A stretch of DNA of 64,000 bases, taken from contig CAYIAX010000002.1 in NCBI GenBank assembly GCA_964361595.1, positions 7,722-71,721 on the forward strand. Reading direction: 5' to 3'. A program made the translations under genes and the position numbers. This DNA is from an uncultured Candidatus Saccharibacteria bacterium. GTDB lineage: Bacteria; Patescibacteriota; Minisyncoccia; UBA6257; 2-01-FULL-56-20. The notes beneath the pieces were generated by a model. That model was not told where the DNA came from and did not search any database. It saw only the letters and a list, made by a program, of their open reading frames with translations. Below are positions 38,240-47,903 of this stretch, one piece after another (within the stretch, counting starts at the first letter, position 1; each line of letters begins with the position of its first letter).

Positions 38240-39174
38240 ACGCAAGAGGCGCGCAAGAAAGAATTTTAACCGCCCGGGACTTTGAACAAGTTTTTGGAGA
38301 AGAAATCAGCGCTGAAATCAGCCGGCTCGTTGCCGCATTCGACTTTCGCTATGCGGAGGTCGGGACGGAGGAGCGCGACCGGTATCTTTTGGAGATCTTA
38401 AAGCGGCTGGGAGACGCGAATCTCGCGGCGGCCGGACCGCACCGCCTCCCGCAATGGGAAACGGGCTGGGGTGAAAACCTGGAGAATCTGGAGAAGAATG
38501 AAGCGGATCCGCTGCTGCCGAAATATTTCGGGAAGTTCGGCGTTTTGCGCTGGCGGCAGCAATTTATCAAGCCGCTGACGAAAAATTTTGAAAGCAAAAC
38601 TTTGCGGATAATCCAAGAATGGCTTTTCGAAAAATACCTGCCCGAGGCGAAAGCGATTTACGAGTTCGGCTGCGGCACCGGCCATCACTTGCTCAATGTC
38701 CGCCGCGTCAACAAATCCGCTCCGCTCTGGGGCCTTGACTGGGCAACTTCCTCGCAGAAAATCATCGCCGAGCTGGCCAGGCGGAATCCGGAGGCCGGAG
38801 TGAATGGGCGCCGCTTCGATTTTTTCAATCCGGACTATGCGTTCAAGCTTCAACCCGAAAGCGCGGTTTATACGGTGGCTGCGCTTGAGCAAACAGGAAA
38901 AGCTTACGAAGCGTTTGTGGAATATCTGCTTGAACAAAAGCCGAAAATTTGTTTTCACACCGAGCCAATCGGGGAGTTGCTCGACGAGCATAACCTCCTG
39001 GATTACTTGTCGCTGCGGTATTTCGAGAAAAGAAATTATCTTTCGGGATTTTTGAACTATTTGCGGCGGCTCGAGAAAGCGGGCAAGCTCGTCATCCACA
39101 AAGCCCAGCGGACATACATCGGCAGCCTCTTTATCGAAGGCTACTCGGTCGTGGCCTGGTCGCCGCTTCCTTAA
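38236..39174 (+). CDS. Class I SAM-dependent methyltransferase
   Basis: Motif I EFGCGTGHHLLNV. ATGA overlap with the upstream gene. Confidence 0.5.
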   Translation: MNARGAQERILTARDFEQVFGEEISAEISRLVAAFDFRYAEVGTEERDRYLLEILKRLGDANLAAAGPHRLPQWETGWGENLENLEKNEADPLLPKYFGKFGVLRWRQQFIKPLTKNFESKTLRIIQEWLFEKYLPEAKAIYEFGCGTGHHLLNVRRVNKSAPLWGLDWATSSQKIIAELARRNPEAGVNGRRFDFFNPDYAFKLQPESAVYTVAALEQTGKAYEAFVEYLLEQKPKICFHTEPIGELLDEHNLLDYLSLRYFEKRNYLSGFLNYLRRLEKAGKLVIHKAQRTYIGSLFIEGYSVVAWSPLP

Positions 39175-40250
39175 TGGCGTCTCCGATTAAAACAATTTAT
39201 TTCGTGCCATCGGGACCCGAGGGTTTAGGCGGGAAAATATTCAAGCCCAACCCGCCGATTTCTCCGACCGCCGCCTTGGGCGGCGGCTTCCCGGAATTCT
39301 TTAAAGAGCGGGGAGTCGAAGTTAAAACTATCGACGCCTGGGATCCCAAGGCGCACAATCCTGGCGATGCGGTGGTTTTTATCAACCACCCCGACGACAG
39401 CTTGTTCTGGCGGTGTTTGTATTTCTTGAAATACACCGCGCGCGGAAAAAAACGCTTCGCCGTCACCCGAGCAGAGCTTTTCCGCATCGCCAAAAATTTT
39501 TCCAAGCGGGTCCTCTTCCAATGCGAGCCGCCGATCAATATGCCTTACCCCTACAAACATTTAGAACTGCTCCACGAGCTTTATGATGTCATTTTTTTGT
39601 ATCATAAGATGTCAACAGAATCTCCGAAAGTTAAGTATATATTTTGGCCGCGCGAGTTCCGGGAAGAGTTCGAAGAATTTTTCGCCGTCCCCAAGGAAAA
39701 ATTTCTGGTGATGATGAATCACAACGCGCGGCCGCGGGCGTTTTTCAATAAAGAACTCTACAGCGAGCGGCTGCGGGCGATAAAGTTCTTGAGCCAGGCG
39801 AATGATTTCGATCTCTACGGCGGCCGCTGGGACAAGCGCCCGTTTTTCCCTTTCTGGCACTACCGCTCGGCGGTCCAAAAATGCTGGCGAGGCTACGTGG
39901 ATGGGGATAAAATCAAGACCCTGGCTGCTTATAAATTTTCGATCGCTTTCGAAAACTCACGCTATCCCGGCTACTTGAGCGAGAAAATTTTCGATTCTTT
40001 CCTCGCGGGGTGCATACCCGTGTATCTGGGCGCGCCCGATGTAACCGATTATGTCTCCGCGGATTGTTTCATTGATATGCGGAACTTCAAAAATTACGGC
40101 GAATTGGAAAAATACCTGCGGTCACTTTCGCCGGCCGAGTGCGCAGAATACCGGCAGCGAATCAGACAGTATCTCTTGAGCCAAAAAAACAATATTTTCT
40201 CGAAGCGCAAATTTGCCGAAATCCTGTGGCGTGAAGTGAGCGCGTTCTAA
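39174..40250 (+). CDS. GT10-family (alpha-1,3-fucosyltransferase-like) glycosyltransferase
   Basis: YKFSIAFENSRYPGYLSEKIFD matches the GT10 FEN...Y[VL][ST]EK signature. Paralogous to the N-terminal half of 47904-49988. Confidence 0.55.
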   Translation: MASPIKTIYFVPSGPEGLGGKIFKPNPPISPTAALGGGFPEFFKERGVEVKTIDAWDPKAHNPGDAVVFINHPDDSLFWRCLYFLKYTARGKKRFAVTRAELFRIAKNFSKRVLFQCEPPINMPYPYKHLELLHELYDVIFLYHKMSTESPKVKYIFWPREFREEFEEFFAVPKEKFLVMMNHNARPRAFFNKELYSERLRAIKFLSQANDFDLYGGRWDKRPFFPFWHYRSAVQKCWRGYVDGDKIKTLAAYKFSIAFENSRYPGYLSEKIFDSFLAGCIPVYLGAPDVTDYVSADCFIDMRNFKNYGELEKYLRSLSPAECAEYRQRIRQYLLSQKNNIFSKRKFAEILWREVSAF

Positions 40251-40275
40251 GCGGCGTCCGGCACCGCTCTTAAAA

Positions 40276-41286
40276 TTGGAATCGAGCCGAGCGTACTGGC
40301 GTGCCATGCAGTTCCTGGATACGAGGACGAATGGCAAAAACGGGTTCGCCATGTGGCGTGATGCTAACGGGATAAATACTTCGCTCAACTGCGATAACTC
40401 GACCACCACCGTTCAGGTGGCCGGAGCGGCAAGCGTGATCAATCGAATCAACCCGAGCACCGGCGGTGTGTACAATGAATGGCATCACGTTGCGATTACA
40501 AAAGGTACTACTGCTTCGTCGACGGACGCATTCAAGCTGTATGTCGACGGTAACCAGAAAACAAGCGGCAAATGTTATACCGCAACGAGTACCGATTCCA
40601 TTTGGATAGGCGGCAACCCTTCATCCTCTATCGGTTTGTTCAACGGCTATATTGACGAAGTGAGAATCTGGAACGCAGAAAGGTCATCTTCGAGTATTGA
40701 AACATACAGCGGTCAAGAGGTAACTTCCACAAGCAGCGGACTCAAAGGTTACTGGCGTTTCAACGGCACTTCAACCGACCTTGCGACAGGCAATTCGACG
40801 TCGGGACAAAGCGGAAATCCGACATTTTCAACCTATACCCCGTTCGGACACTTTATTCTAGACCAGAATTTATATCCGACTTCTGTGAACACGAGCACGC
40901 GCGAACTTAAATGGCATGCTTCCACCACCTATTCGAATGAATGGCTAGGCGCTATTTCTGCATGGAACGCATTAGGGAAAATCACTTTTTCTTCGACTAC
41001 TCCTTCAAGCACAGCATATGTGAAGGTGTATGATGTGAATGAGCCACTGGAAGATTTCACTGGGGTGTGGACGCCACTCGTTGGACTTCCTGATACAATC
41101 GAATTAAATCTGCCGAAATTGGCGGGCGGCACTTCCTCCTCTACACAAAAAACCGCAACTCATGAACTCGGCCACGCCCTTGGGCTGGCCCACAGCATAT
41201 TCGGAAACGTTATGTATTACATACAAACGACACAGACTTGGTTAGGAAACAAGGATATTGACGACTTCAATTATTTTTGGCCGTAG
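40276..41286 (+). CDS. LamG/concanavalin-A-like lectin domain fused to a metzincin zinc-metalloprotease motif
   Basis: LamG-like WHHVAITKG...LYVDGNQ...GYIDEVRIWN and a C-terminal HELGHALGLAHS (HExxHxxGxxH). Confidence 0.5.
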   Translation: MESSRAYWRAMQFLDTRTNGKNGFAMWRDANGINTSLNCDNSTTTVQVAGAASVINRINPSTGGVYNEWHHVAITKGTTASSTDAFKLYVDGNQKTSGKCYTATSTDSIWIGGNPSSSIGLFNGYIDEVRIWNAERSSSSIETYSGQEVTSTSSGLKGYWRFNGTSTDLATGNSTSGQSGNPTFSTYTPFGHFILDQNLYPTSVNTSTRELKWHASTTYSNEWLGAISAWNALGKITFSSTTPSSTAYVKVYDVNEPLEDFTGVWTPLVGLPDTIELNLPKLAGGTSSSTQKTATHELGHALGLAHSIFGNVMYYIQTTQTWLGNKDIDDFNYFWP

Positions 41287-41328
41287 GTTAAAAAAGTCGG
41301 AAATAATAACACAAAATGCTACAATAAC

Positions 41329-42192
41329 GTGAACATGGGTAAACCAATATTATTTGTGGGAAGTGCTGCCGTGGTAATTGTGGCTATAAGCCTTAGTGCT
41401 TACTTTTATTTTCACGGATTCCCCGCTTCAAACATCGTTGAGAATACACCATCTGTTGGTGAACAAGGAATAGTGCAAACACCTAACGAGACGACCGATG
41501 TTACACAGGAAATAACCTCATCAAGCGAAACAGGAAAAAGCGGTCCGTTGGTGATAAGAGAAATCCAACAGGAATACGAAGCCGATTTTTCGAATGACGG
41601 AATATTAGTGGGGGGGTCGCATAATATATTTGTTGCCAAGATCATAAAAAAAGTTGGCAACGAGAGTCGTTTAAGTGCTCCTAAAACCCAGTTCGAAGCA
41701 GAGATTATTTACAATATCAAAGGCAGTTTATCCGGGAAAGTCATTGTTAGCCAAACGGGCGGTTACCTCAACGGCATATTATACGTGGTCGGCGGCATAA
41801 ACTTCGGCGACGTAGTTGGCCCCACCAACGAATCCGAAGCAAAATATCTACTTCAGCCGGGATATACATACCTTTTGGCGACACGGCATATCAAGCCGGA
41901 TGATTTTTACACGATGCTCTCTTTTCCAGGCGTGGGCGCTAAGTTAATCAGCGATAATCAGGGTCTATCAAGCATTCAGCTTCGTGCTTTAGCCGAGAAC
42001 GACTCTCGGGTTCGCGTACTGCAAATGGCTTATCCGAAAGAGATACTTTTAAGCTCTGATATTCGGAACAGCACAACCATAAACAGCTACAAATCCCTCA
42101 CCGAAGCGCAAAAGTATGCCTTGCCTTACTACGCCGGTTCCTATAGCCCGCCTCCAACTTCTACCACCAGCACGGCGACCTCGACGAGGTAA
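41329..42192 (+). CDS. N-terminally anchored secreted hypothetical protein with a Thr/Ser-rich C-terminal tail
   Basis: TM helix at aa 6-27. Ends PPPTSTTSTATSTR. Confidence 0.4.
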   Translation: MNMGKPILFVGSAAVVIVAISLSAYFYFHGFPASNIVENTPSVGEQGIVQTPNETTDVTQEITSSSETGKSGPLVIREIQQEYEADFSNDGILVGGSHNIFVAKIIKKVGNESRLSAPKTQFEAEIIYNIKGSLSGKVIVSQTGGYLNGILYVVGGINFGDVVGPTNESEAKYLLQPGYTYLLATRHIKPDDFYTMLSFPGVGAKLISDNQGLSSIQLRALAENDSRVRVLQMAYPKEILLSSDIRNSTTINSYKSLTEAQKYALPYYAGSYSPPPTSTTSTATSTR

Positions 42193-42224
42193 ATCTTTGC
42201 GGGCGAGCAGCTTCGCCAGCTTTA

Positions 42225-43532
42225 TTGATTCTTCACGCCGGATGTCCTATGATGAAGCCCATCACGGCGATGAAGGATGAAAACAACAAGCCAAGTTCGC
42301 GCCGGACAACCTGCCGGATCTGTGGAAGCAGCAAGCTTTTCCAATTTTTGAGCCTCGGCGAGACGCCGCTCGCCGACGCTTTCGTTGAAAAGGAGGATTT
42401 GGACAAGCCGGAAGCGAAGTACCCGCTGGACGTCGCGGTTTGCGAAGACTGCGGCTTGGTCATGCTCGTAAACATCGTGCCGGCCGAAGTCCTCTTCGGC
42501 GACACTTACGCGTTTTACACTTCGGGCTCCCCGCAGGCCGTCGCGCATTTCCGGAAATATGCGCATACGGTGATGGAGCGTTTTCCCGCGCTGGCAAAAA
42601 AACTTACGATTGATATCGCTTCGAATGACGGCGTGCTGCTGCGTCCCCTAAAGGAAATGGGAGCGAAAGTTTTGGGGATCGACCCGGCGAAAAATGTCGC
42701 GGTCGTTGCAAACGCGGCGGGCATTGAAACGATTGTAGATTTTTTCAACATCGCTTGCGCGCAAAAAATTCTTAAGGAGCGGGGCCAAGCCTCCCTCGTC
42801 CTCGCAAATAATGTTATTGCCCACGTTGACGATGTCCGCGGTTTTACGGACGGAGTAAAACTTCTGCTTGAGCCGGACGGGGTTTTTATCTTCGAGGCCC
42901 AGTACTTCCCGAATCTTCTTTTTAAGAATCAGTTTGACAACGTTTACCACGAACATCATTCGTTCTACTCTCTGCGGCCGCTCAAGCTTTTGATGGAAAA
43001 GAGCGGGCTTGAGATTTTCGACGTCGAAGAAGTGGATACGCAAGGCGGTTCCCTGCGCGTGTATGCCAAGCACAAAAACGGCCCTTATCCTGTCGCGCCC
43101 GTTGTCGCCAAAATGATCCAGACCGAACTTGAGCTGGGGCTCGCGAAGACAGAGACATACCTGGAGCTCGCTAAGCGGGCGCAAACGGTCAAGACGGAAT
43201 TGATCAAGATCCTTGAAGATTTGAAAGCGCAGGGCAAAAAAATCGTCGGTTACGGCGCACCCGCCAAGGGCAACACGCTTTTAAACTTCTGCGGCATCAG
43301 CACCCAATATCTCGATTACATCATCGACAAAACGTATTTCAAGCACGGGAAATTCACCCCAGGCATGCATATCCCGGTTTTTCCGGTTGAGAAAATCGAG
43401 GAAGACGGGCCGCCGGACTGCTATCTCCTGCTCGTCTGGAATTATGCGGCCGGAATTTTAAAGCAGGAGGAGGAGTTCAGGAAGCATGGCGGCAAGTTTA
43501 TCATTCCGATTCCAATTCCGCAGATAGTATGA
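42225..43532 (+). CDS. Putative sugar C-methyltransferase (zinc-ribbon + SAM methyltransferase + C-methyltransferase C-terminal domain, TylCIII/NovU-like)
   Basis: N-terminal CRICGSS...C..C, motif I IDIASNDG, and a C-terminal domain typical of the family. Confidence 0.55.
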   Translation: MILHAGCPMMKPITAMKDENNKPSSRRTTCRICGSSKLFQFLSLGETPLADAFVEKEDLDKPEAKYPLDVAVCEDCGLVMLVNIVPAEVLFGDTYAFYTSGSPQAVAHFRKYAHTVMERFPALAKKLTIDIASNDGVLLRPLKEMGAKVLGIDPAKNVAVVANAAGIETIVDFFNIACAQKILKERGQASLVLANNVIAHVDDVRGFTDGVKLLLEPDGVFIFEAQYFPNLLFKNQFDNVYHEHHSFYSLRPLKLLMEKSGLEIFDVEEVDTQGGSLRVYAKHKNGPYPVAPVVAKMIQTELELGLAKTETYLELAKRAQTVKTELIKILEDLKAQGKKIVGYGAPAKGNTLLNFCGISTQYLDYIIDKTYFKHGKFTPGMHIPVFPVEKIEEDGPPDCYLLLVWNYAAGILKQEEEFRKHGGKFIIPIPIPQIV

Positions 43533-44371
43533 TTGACAAGTCAAAAGTTCTCGTAACCGGGGGGCGGGGGATGATGGGCAGCCGCATTCCGTTCGGCATC
43601 AAGCTTGATCGGGACGATTTGGACATCCGGCGGGAAGATTCCGTAAACGCGGCTTTCGCGAAGCACGAGCCGCAACTCGTCATCCACCTGGCTGCGCTCA
43701 AAGACAAGGCATATTGCCAAGCTCATCCGGCCGACGCTTATAACGTCAATGTTTTAGGCACATTGAATGTCGCCAAAGCCTGCCGATCGCGTGACATCCC
43801 GCTCATCTTTGCTTCTTCCTATTATGTTTTCGATTGCAATGCGCGCGCGCCCTACCGCGAAAACGATCTTGCGCATCCGATTAACGTTTACGGCAAGACG
43901 AAATTCGCGGGCGAGCTCATCGTGGAAGACTTGGTGAAACGGCATGCGATTGTCCGTTTGGGCCTCGTCTACGGCGAAGGCATCGAAGACAGCTTCATTA
44001 ACGTGGTTGCCAAGCGCATCGCAAAAGGCGAAAGTATTGCGGAGCGCGACGACAGAAAGTTTTCCCTGACCAGCATCCGAGGCTTTTTGGACGGCATTTC
44101 GCTCGTCATCGAAGACGGCCTGCATGGATTATTTCATTTAGCCGAAAGCGGCGGACCGTCTTACTACGAGACAGCAACCTTTATAAAAGAACAATTGAAT
44201 CCAGCCGCGACTGTCACGGTCATCACGCCCGGTCCGGATGACGCTGCCGCCCCGCCTCGCGGCGGCGGCTTCGGCGTGCTCATGCCATCGGCGGTTTTTT
44301 CTCCGCGGAGCTGGCAGGCGGCTTTAAGTGATTACTTGCTTTCCCTTAAAACCAAAACGGCTGGGCAATAA
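43529..44371 (+). CDS. RmlD-like NAD(P)-dependent sugar reductase
   Basis: VLVTGGRGMMGS and an RmlD substrate-binding domain pattern. Confidence 0.5.
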   Translation: MIDKSKVLVTGGRGMMGSRIPFGIKLDRDDLDIRREDSVNAAFAKHEPQLVIHLAALKDKAYCQAHPADAYNVNVLGTLNVAKACRSRDIPLIFASSYYVFDCNARAPYRENDLAHPINVYGKTKFAGELIVEDLVKRHAIVRLGLVYGEGIEDSFINVVAKRIAKGESIAERDDRKFSLTSIRGFLDGISLVIEDGLHGLFHLAESGGPSYYETATFIKEQLNPAATVTVITPGPDDAAAPPRGGGFGVLMPSAVFSPRSWQAALSDYLLSLKTKTAGQ

Positions 44372-44375
44372 TCCA

Positions 44376-45584
44376 ATGAAAATAGCCATCATCGAGCCGG
44401 TGCTTAGTTTGCCGTACGGAACCTCGAGGTTCGCCTTGAGCGTTGCGGCGGCCCTCCAGAAACTGGGGCATCAGGTCTTGATCTATACGAACGAGTTCAA
44501 TGAGGATATTTTTTCCGGACTGGCGCGAGGTCTGAATGTTAAAGTCGTCCAGCCGCGCCTTCGCGAAGAAGACTTAAAAGGCGCGCGAACCGTTTTCGGC
44601 AAGCTAGTCCAGCGCTGGCAGCGGCGAGCGCTGGCGGCGGAAAATTCCCGGTTGATTGCGGAGGCGATGGATAAAGATTTCGACATCATTGATTGCCAGA
44701 ATCTTTACACCTACCGCGTCGGTTATCTTTATAAAAAGCGCGTTAGGAAAAACGTGAAAGTAATTTGGAGCCTGTACGATGTTCCTTGGATTCACCGGCC
44801 GGCCGGCCGCTTTCTCTACGACTTACCTCGGCGGCTGAATTCATATCTCGAAGAAATTTTGGAAAAGAAATTCTACAATCAGGTGGACAATGTCGTACTT
44901 TTGGAAAACCGCAACTATCCGGTCGCGCGGCGGCTGGGCTTTGCCGATTCACAAATCACCAAAATTTTTTGGAGCGGCGTTGAGGAAAAATTTTACTTTC
45001 CGGTGAGGGACATAGCCAAAGTTGAAGAGGTTAGGCTTATGAGCGTCGGCGCGCTGACGCCGCAGCGCCGCTACGAGGACATCATTGTAGCCGTCGCCTT
45101 GCTGAAGCAAAGAGGAATTTCGGCAAAAGCAACGTTAGTTTGCAGAGTTTCTCCCGACACAGTCTCGTACCAAGAGGAAATTTCCCGTTTTGCCGAAGCG
45201 CAAGGCGCGGCGGCCGACATCGACTTCCGTTTTGCCGGCGCGAGCGACGATGAATTGCGCGAGCTGCAGCGCCAGAGCCAGTTTTACGTTTCGCCCAACG
45301 CCATCGGCATTTGGAGCATGGCGGCATTTGAAGCCATGGCTGCCGGGCTTTTCCTTGTGGTTTCCCGCGTAACCAGCAACGCCGCCGTTTTAACGGAGGG
45401 GGAACATGCTTTGTTTACGGATCCGGCGAAGCCCGAGGATATTGCAGCCAAGGTTGAGACAGCTCTCAAGAATCCCAGAATGTACGAGCAAATTGCGCTC
45501 AAGGGCCAGCGCTTCGTGAAAGAAAACTTCACTTGGGAAAAATACGCCGAAAAACTTTTGGCGGCTGCCCAGTCGCATTATTGA
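44376..45584 (+). CDS. Glycosyltransferase family 4 (GT1-fold)
   Basis: C-terminal EAMAAG motif (E..E-like) and GT-B architecture. Confidence 0.65.
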   Translation: MKIAIIEPVLSLPYGTSRFALSVAAALQKLGHQVLIYTNEFNEDIFSGLARGLNVKVVQPRLREEDLKGARTVFGKLVQRWQRRALAAENSRLIAEAMDKDFDIIDCQNLYTYRVGYLYKKRVRKNVKVIWSLYDVPWIHRPAGRFLYDLPRRLNSYLEEILEKKFYNQVDNVVLLENRNYPVARRLGFADSQITKIFWSGVEEKFYFPVRDIAKVEEVRLMSVGALTPQRRYEDIIVAVALLKQRGISAKATLVCRVSPDTVSYQEEISRFAEAQGAAADIDFRFAGASDDELRELQRQSQFYVSPNAIGIWSMAAFEAMAAGLFLVVSRVTSNAAVLTEGEHALFTDPAKPEDIAAKVETALKNPRMYEQIALKGQRFVKENFTWEKYAEKLLAAAQSHY

Positions 45585-45587
45585 ACT

Positions 45588-46556
45588 ATGGATTTGGGAG
45601 CGTTGCTTAAAGAACGCGTCAGCCGGAACAACCTGATTCTTTTTTCGGAGCGGCGGGCAAAATTCAGGGAACACCCCTTCGGCGCCGCCTGGCAGGCCCT
45701 GCGGCGGCGAATCAGCCAGTTTTTCGACGTGCGGATACCGAATCTGCTGGGTGCGTCGGAGTTTGCAGCCTCTAAAACTTTTTTCAGCGCGCCGATAAAA
45801 GTATTGCGGCGCGACAAATTTTGCATGGATACTTGGGGAGTAATCGGCGGCGGCACCGACATTTTAACCACAAAGTTCTTTATCGATACGATCCGAAAAG
45901 GCGTAACCGTAATCGATGGCGGGGCATATATCGGCTGGTACACGCTTCTTGCCGCAGAACTTACGGGAAGTACCGGCAGTGTCCATGCTTTCGAACCGAC
46001 TGCCCGGACCCTGCCGGTTTTAAGGAGAAATATCGCCGGCCGGAAAAATATTTTTTTGAATAACGCCGCGCTTTATAAACAAAGCGGCCAGATTGAATTT
46101 TATGATTTCGGCAAGGGCTTAGGCTATGCCAATGCCGTCGTATCCGAGGCGAAGCCGCTTCCGGGAAAAAGGGGAGAAAATCACGGCCAGCACCTGCTGG
46201 TTCAAGGAGTGAGCCTTGACAACTATTGCGCAAAAGTCGGAATCACCCCCGATTTTATCAAGCTCGATCTTGAAGGCGGGGAATACGACGCGCTTTTGGG
46301 AGCGCAAGCGGTGCTTAAGTCAAAGCAACCCATCGTTGTCATTGAAGTGTCGCAGACGGAGATTCAAAGCGGAGAATATAATCGCATCGCTGATTTTCTT
46401 AGAGTCCATGGCTACGAGGCCTATCGCATGTTTGCTGACAAGGATTTTAATGCGCAGCTGCAGCCGTTTAAGCCCGCGCAGGCGAATAATTTCGCCATGG
46501 AAAACATAATTTTCAGCGCTCGGATGAGCGGGTTGCCGTGGCGGATCGTAAGTTGA
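45588..46556 (+). CDS. FkbM-family methyltransferase
   Basis: VIDGGAYIGWYT...FEP...DFIKLDLEGGE is FkbM-like. Confidence 0.55.
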   Translation: MDLGALLKERVSRNNLILFSERRAKFREHPFGAAWQALRRRISQFFDVRIPNLLGASEFAASKTFFSAPIKVLRRDKFCMDTWGVIGGGTDILTTKFFIDTIRKGVTVIDGGAYIGWYTLLAAELTGSTGSVHAFEPTARTLPVLRRNIAGRKNIFLNNAALYKQSGQIEFYDFGKGLGYANAVVSEAKPLPGKRGENHGQHLLVQGVSLDNYCAKVGITPDFIKLDLEGGEYDALLGAQAVLKSKQPIVVIEVSQTEIQSGEYNRIADFLRVHGYEAYRMFADKDFNAQLQPFKPAQANNFAMENIIFSARMSGLPWRIVS

Positions 46557-46568
46557 GCACCTTAAAAC

Positions 46569-47867
46569 ATGGGCAGTAAAAATATTTTAACCGCAGGGAA
46601 ATGGCTGTTTCTTGCCGGCATAGCACTGCTCATTATCCGCAGCAACAGCTATCCTTGGCCCCTAAAGCGCGCAAGCGATATTCTGTTTCTTTTAGCGGCG
46701 CTTTTGGCCTGCTCAAGTTTTGTTCGCGAAAAACCCTGGAAAGTCGGCAGAATCCGTCAAGGCATTTTCGGCTTTTTGCTGATCTTCGGCGGTATTCTGA
46801 TTGCAACTGCTTTCGCTTATTTCCTCAACGGGACCAAAGTTACCGCCGCCGGCGTTTTAGCGTTCGGCAGATTCATCGAGGTAGCCGTTATTTTCTTGCT
46901 CGCGGGTTTTTTTCTAAAGCAGGATCCCAGGTTTTTAAAAGAAGCTGCTTTGGCCCAGCTCTCCACGTTGATCTATTTAATCGCTCTAATTTATCCGGCA
47001 TTAGCGCCTGAAGGCCGCTTCCGCCTGTTTGAGAACTGGCCGTCAAACGCCGGTTACTATCTGATTGCGAGCCTAAGCATGATTTATACCTGGCTTGCCA
47101 TTCGCGCTTCCGGCCCGGCGCGGTCAGCGCTGTACTTCGCTTTATTCGCCGGCCTGGGCGGCATCCTTTTATGGACGATGTCGCGCGCAAGCTGGTTGGC
47201 AGTTTTGCTGTCAATTGGGCTGATTATTTTTACGCGGCTGTTTGTCCCCGGTGAGCAGCGCCGGTCAAAAATCAAAAAAGCCGCGGTCGGACTTTTCACT
47301 GCGCTTTTAGGCATCGGTTTTGGTTTTTTGTTGTTATCTGCTCCCGTCAAAAACCAGGTTTTAACGAGATTTTTTCCCCAGCTTCAACTTGATATTTGGG
47401 CACAGGCACCGGCGGCTACGATAAAAAATATTTTAGAAACAGATTTGATGCCAGATTTAAGCGATCCCAATCGTATCATTATTTGGAAAAAATACATTTC
47501 TTTGCTCTTAAAAAATCCGCTTGGATTGGGCCTAGATTATCCGCCGGTTACGCTCGGCGATGAATCAAAAGGTCCGCATAACACCTTGCTCGAGTTATTG
47601 TTGGTTGCCGGCCCTTTCGGTTTGGCCGGATTCCTCTATCTTTTCCTTGTAGCGGTGAAGAACGCGGCAACCCAAGCGAGGAGAAGCGGCTACGGAGCAG
47701 TCTGGCCGATCTATCTTCTGGCTGTTTTGGCGGGATTCGCTACGGCTGCATTTTTCGACAATATGTCCACTTTCAGGTTGATGTGGATTCTGATCGGCGT
47801 CGGTTTCTTTTTGGACGCCGAAAACCAAAACAAAGAATTGGCTGGAAAATCAGCAGTCCTAGACTAA
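46569..47867 (+). CDS. O-antigen polymerase/ligase-like (Wzy-family) membrane protein
   Basis: At least 10 TM helices and a Wzy_C-like loop (MSRASWLAV). Confidence 0.5.
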   Translation: MGSKNILTAGKWLFLAGIALLIIRSNSYPWPLKRASDILFLLAALLACSSFVREKPWKVGRIRQGIFGFLLIFGGILIATAFAYFLNGTKVTAAGVLAFGRFIEVAVIFLLAGFFLKQDPRFLKEAALAQLSTLIYLIALIYPALAPEGRFRLFENWPSNAGYYLIASLSMIYTWLAIRASGPARSALYFALFAGLGGILLWTMSRASWLAVLLSIGLIIFTRLFVPGEQRRSKIKKAAVGLFTALLGIGFGFLLLSAPVKNQVLTRFFPQLQLDIWAQAPAATIKNILETDLMPDLSDPNRIIIWKKYISLLLKNPLGLGLDYPPVTLGDESKGPHNTLLELLLVAGPFGLAGFLYLFLVAVKNAATQARRSGYGAVWPIYLLAVLAGFATAAFFDNMSTFRLMWILIGVGFFLDAENQNKELAGKSAVLD

Positions 47868-47903
47868 GCGGTCTATGCTAGACTGGTTTTGAAACTGTAG
47901 ATT

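Noticed and set aside
40352-40372. GATGCTAACGGGATAAAT resembling the right terminus of the hairpin element
   Set aside because: No partner left arm (ATCCCGTTA) within 150 nt, and it lies inside coding sequence. Treated as chance.
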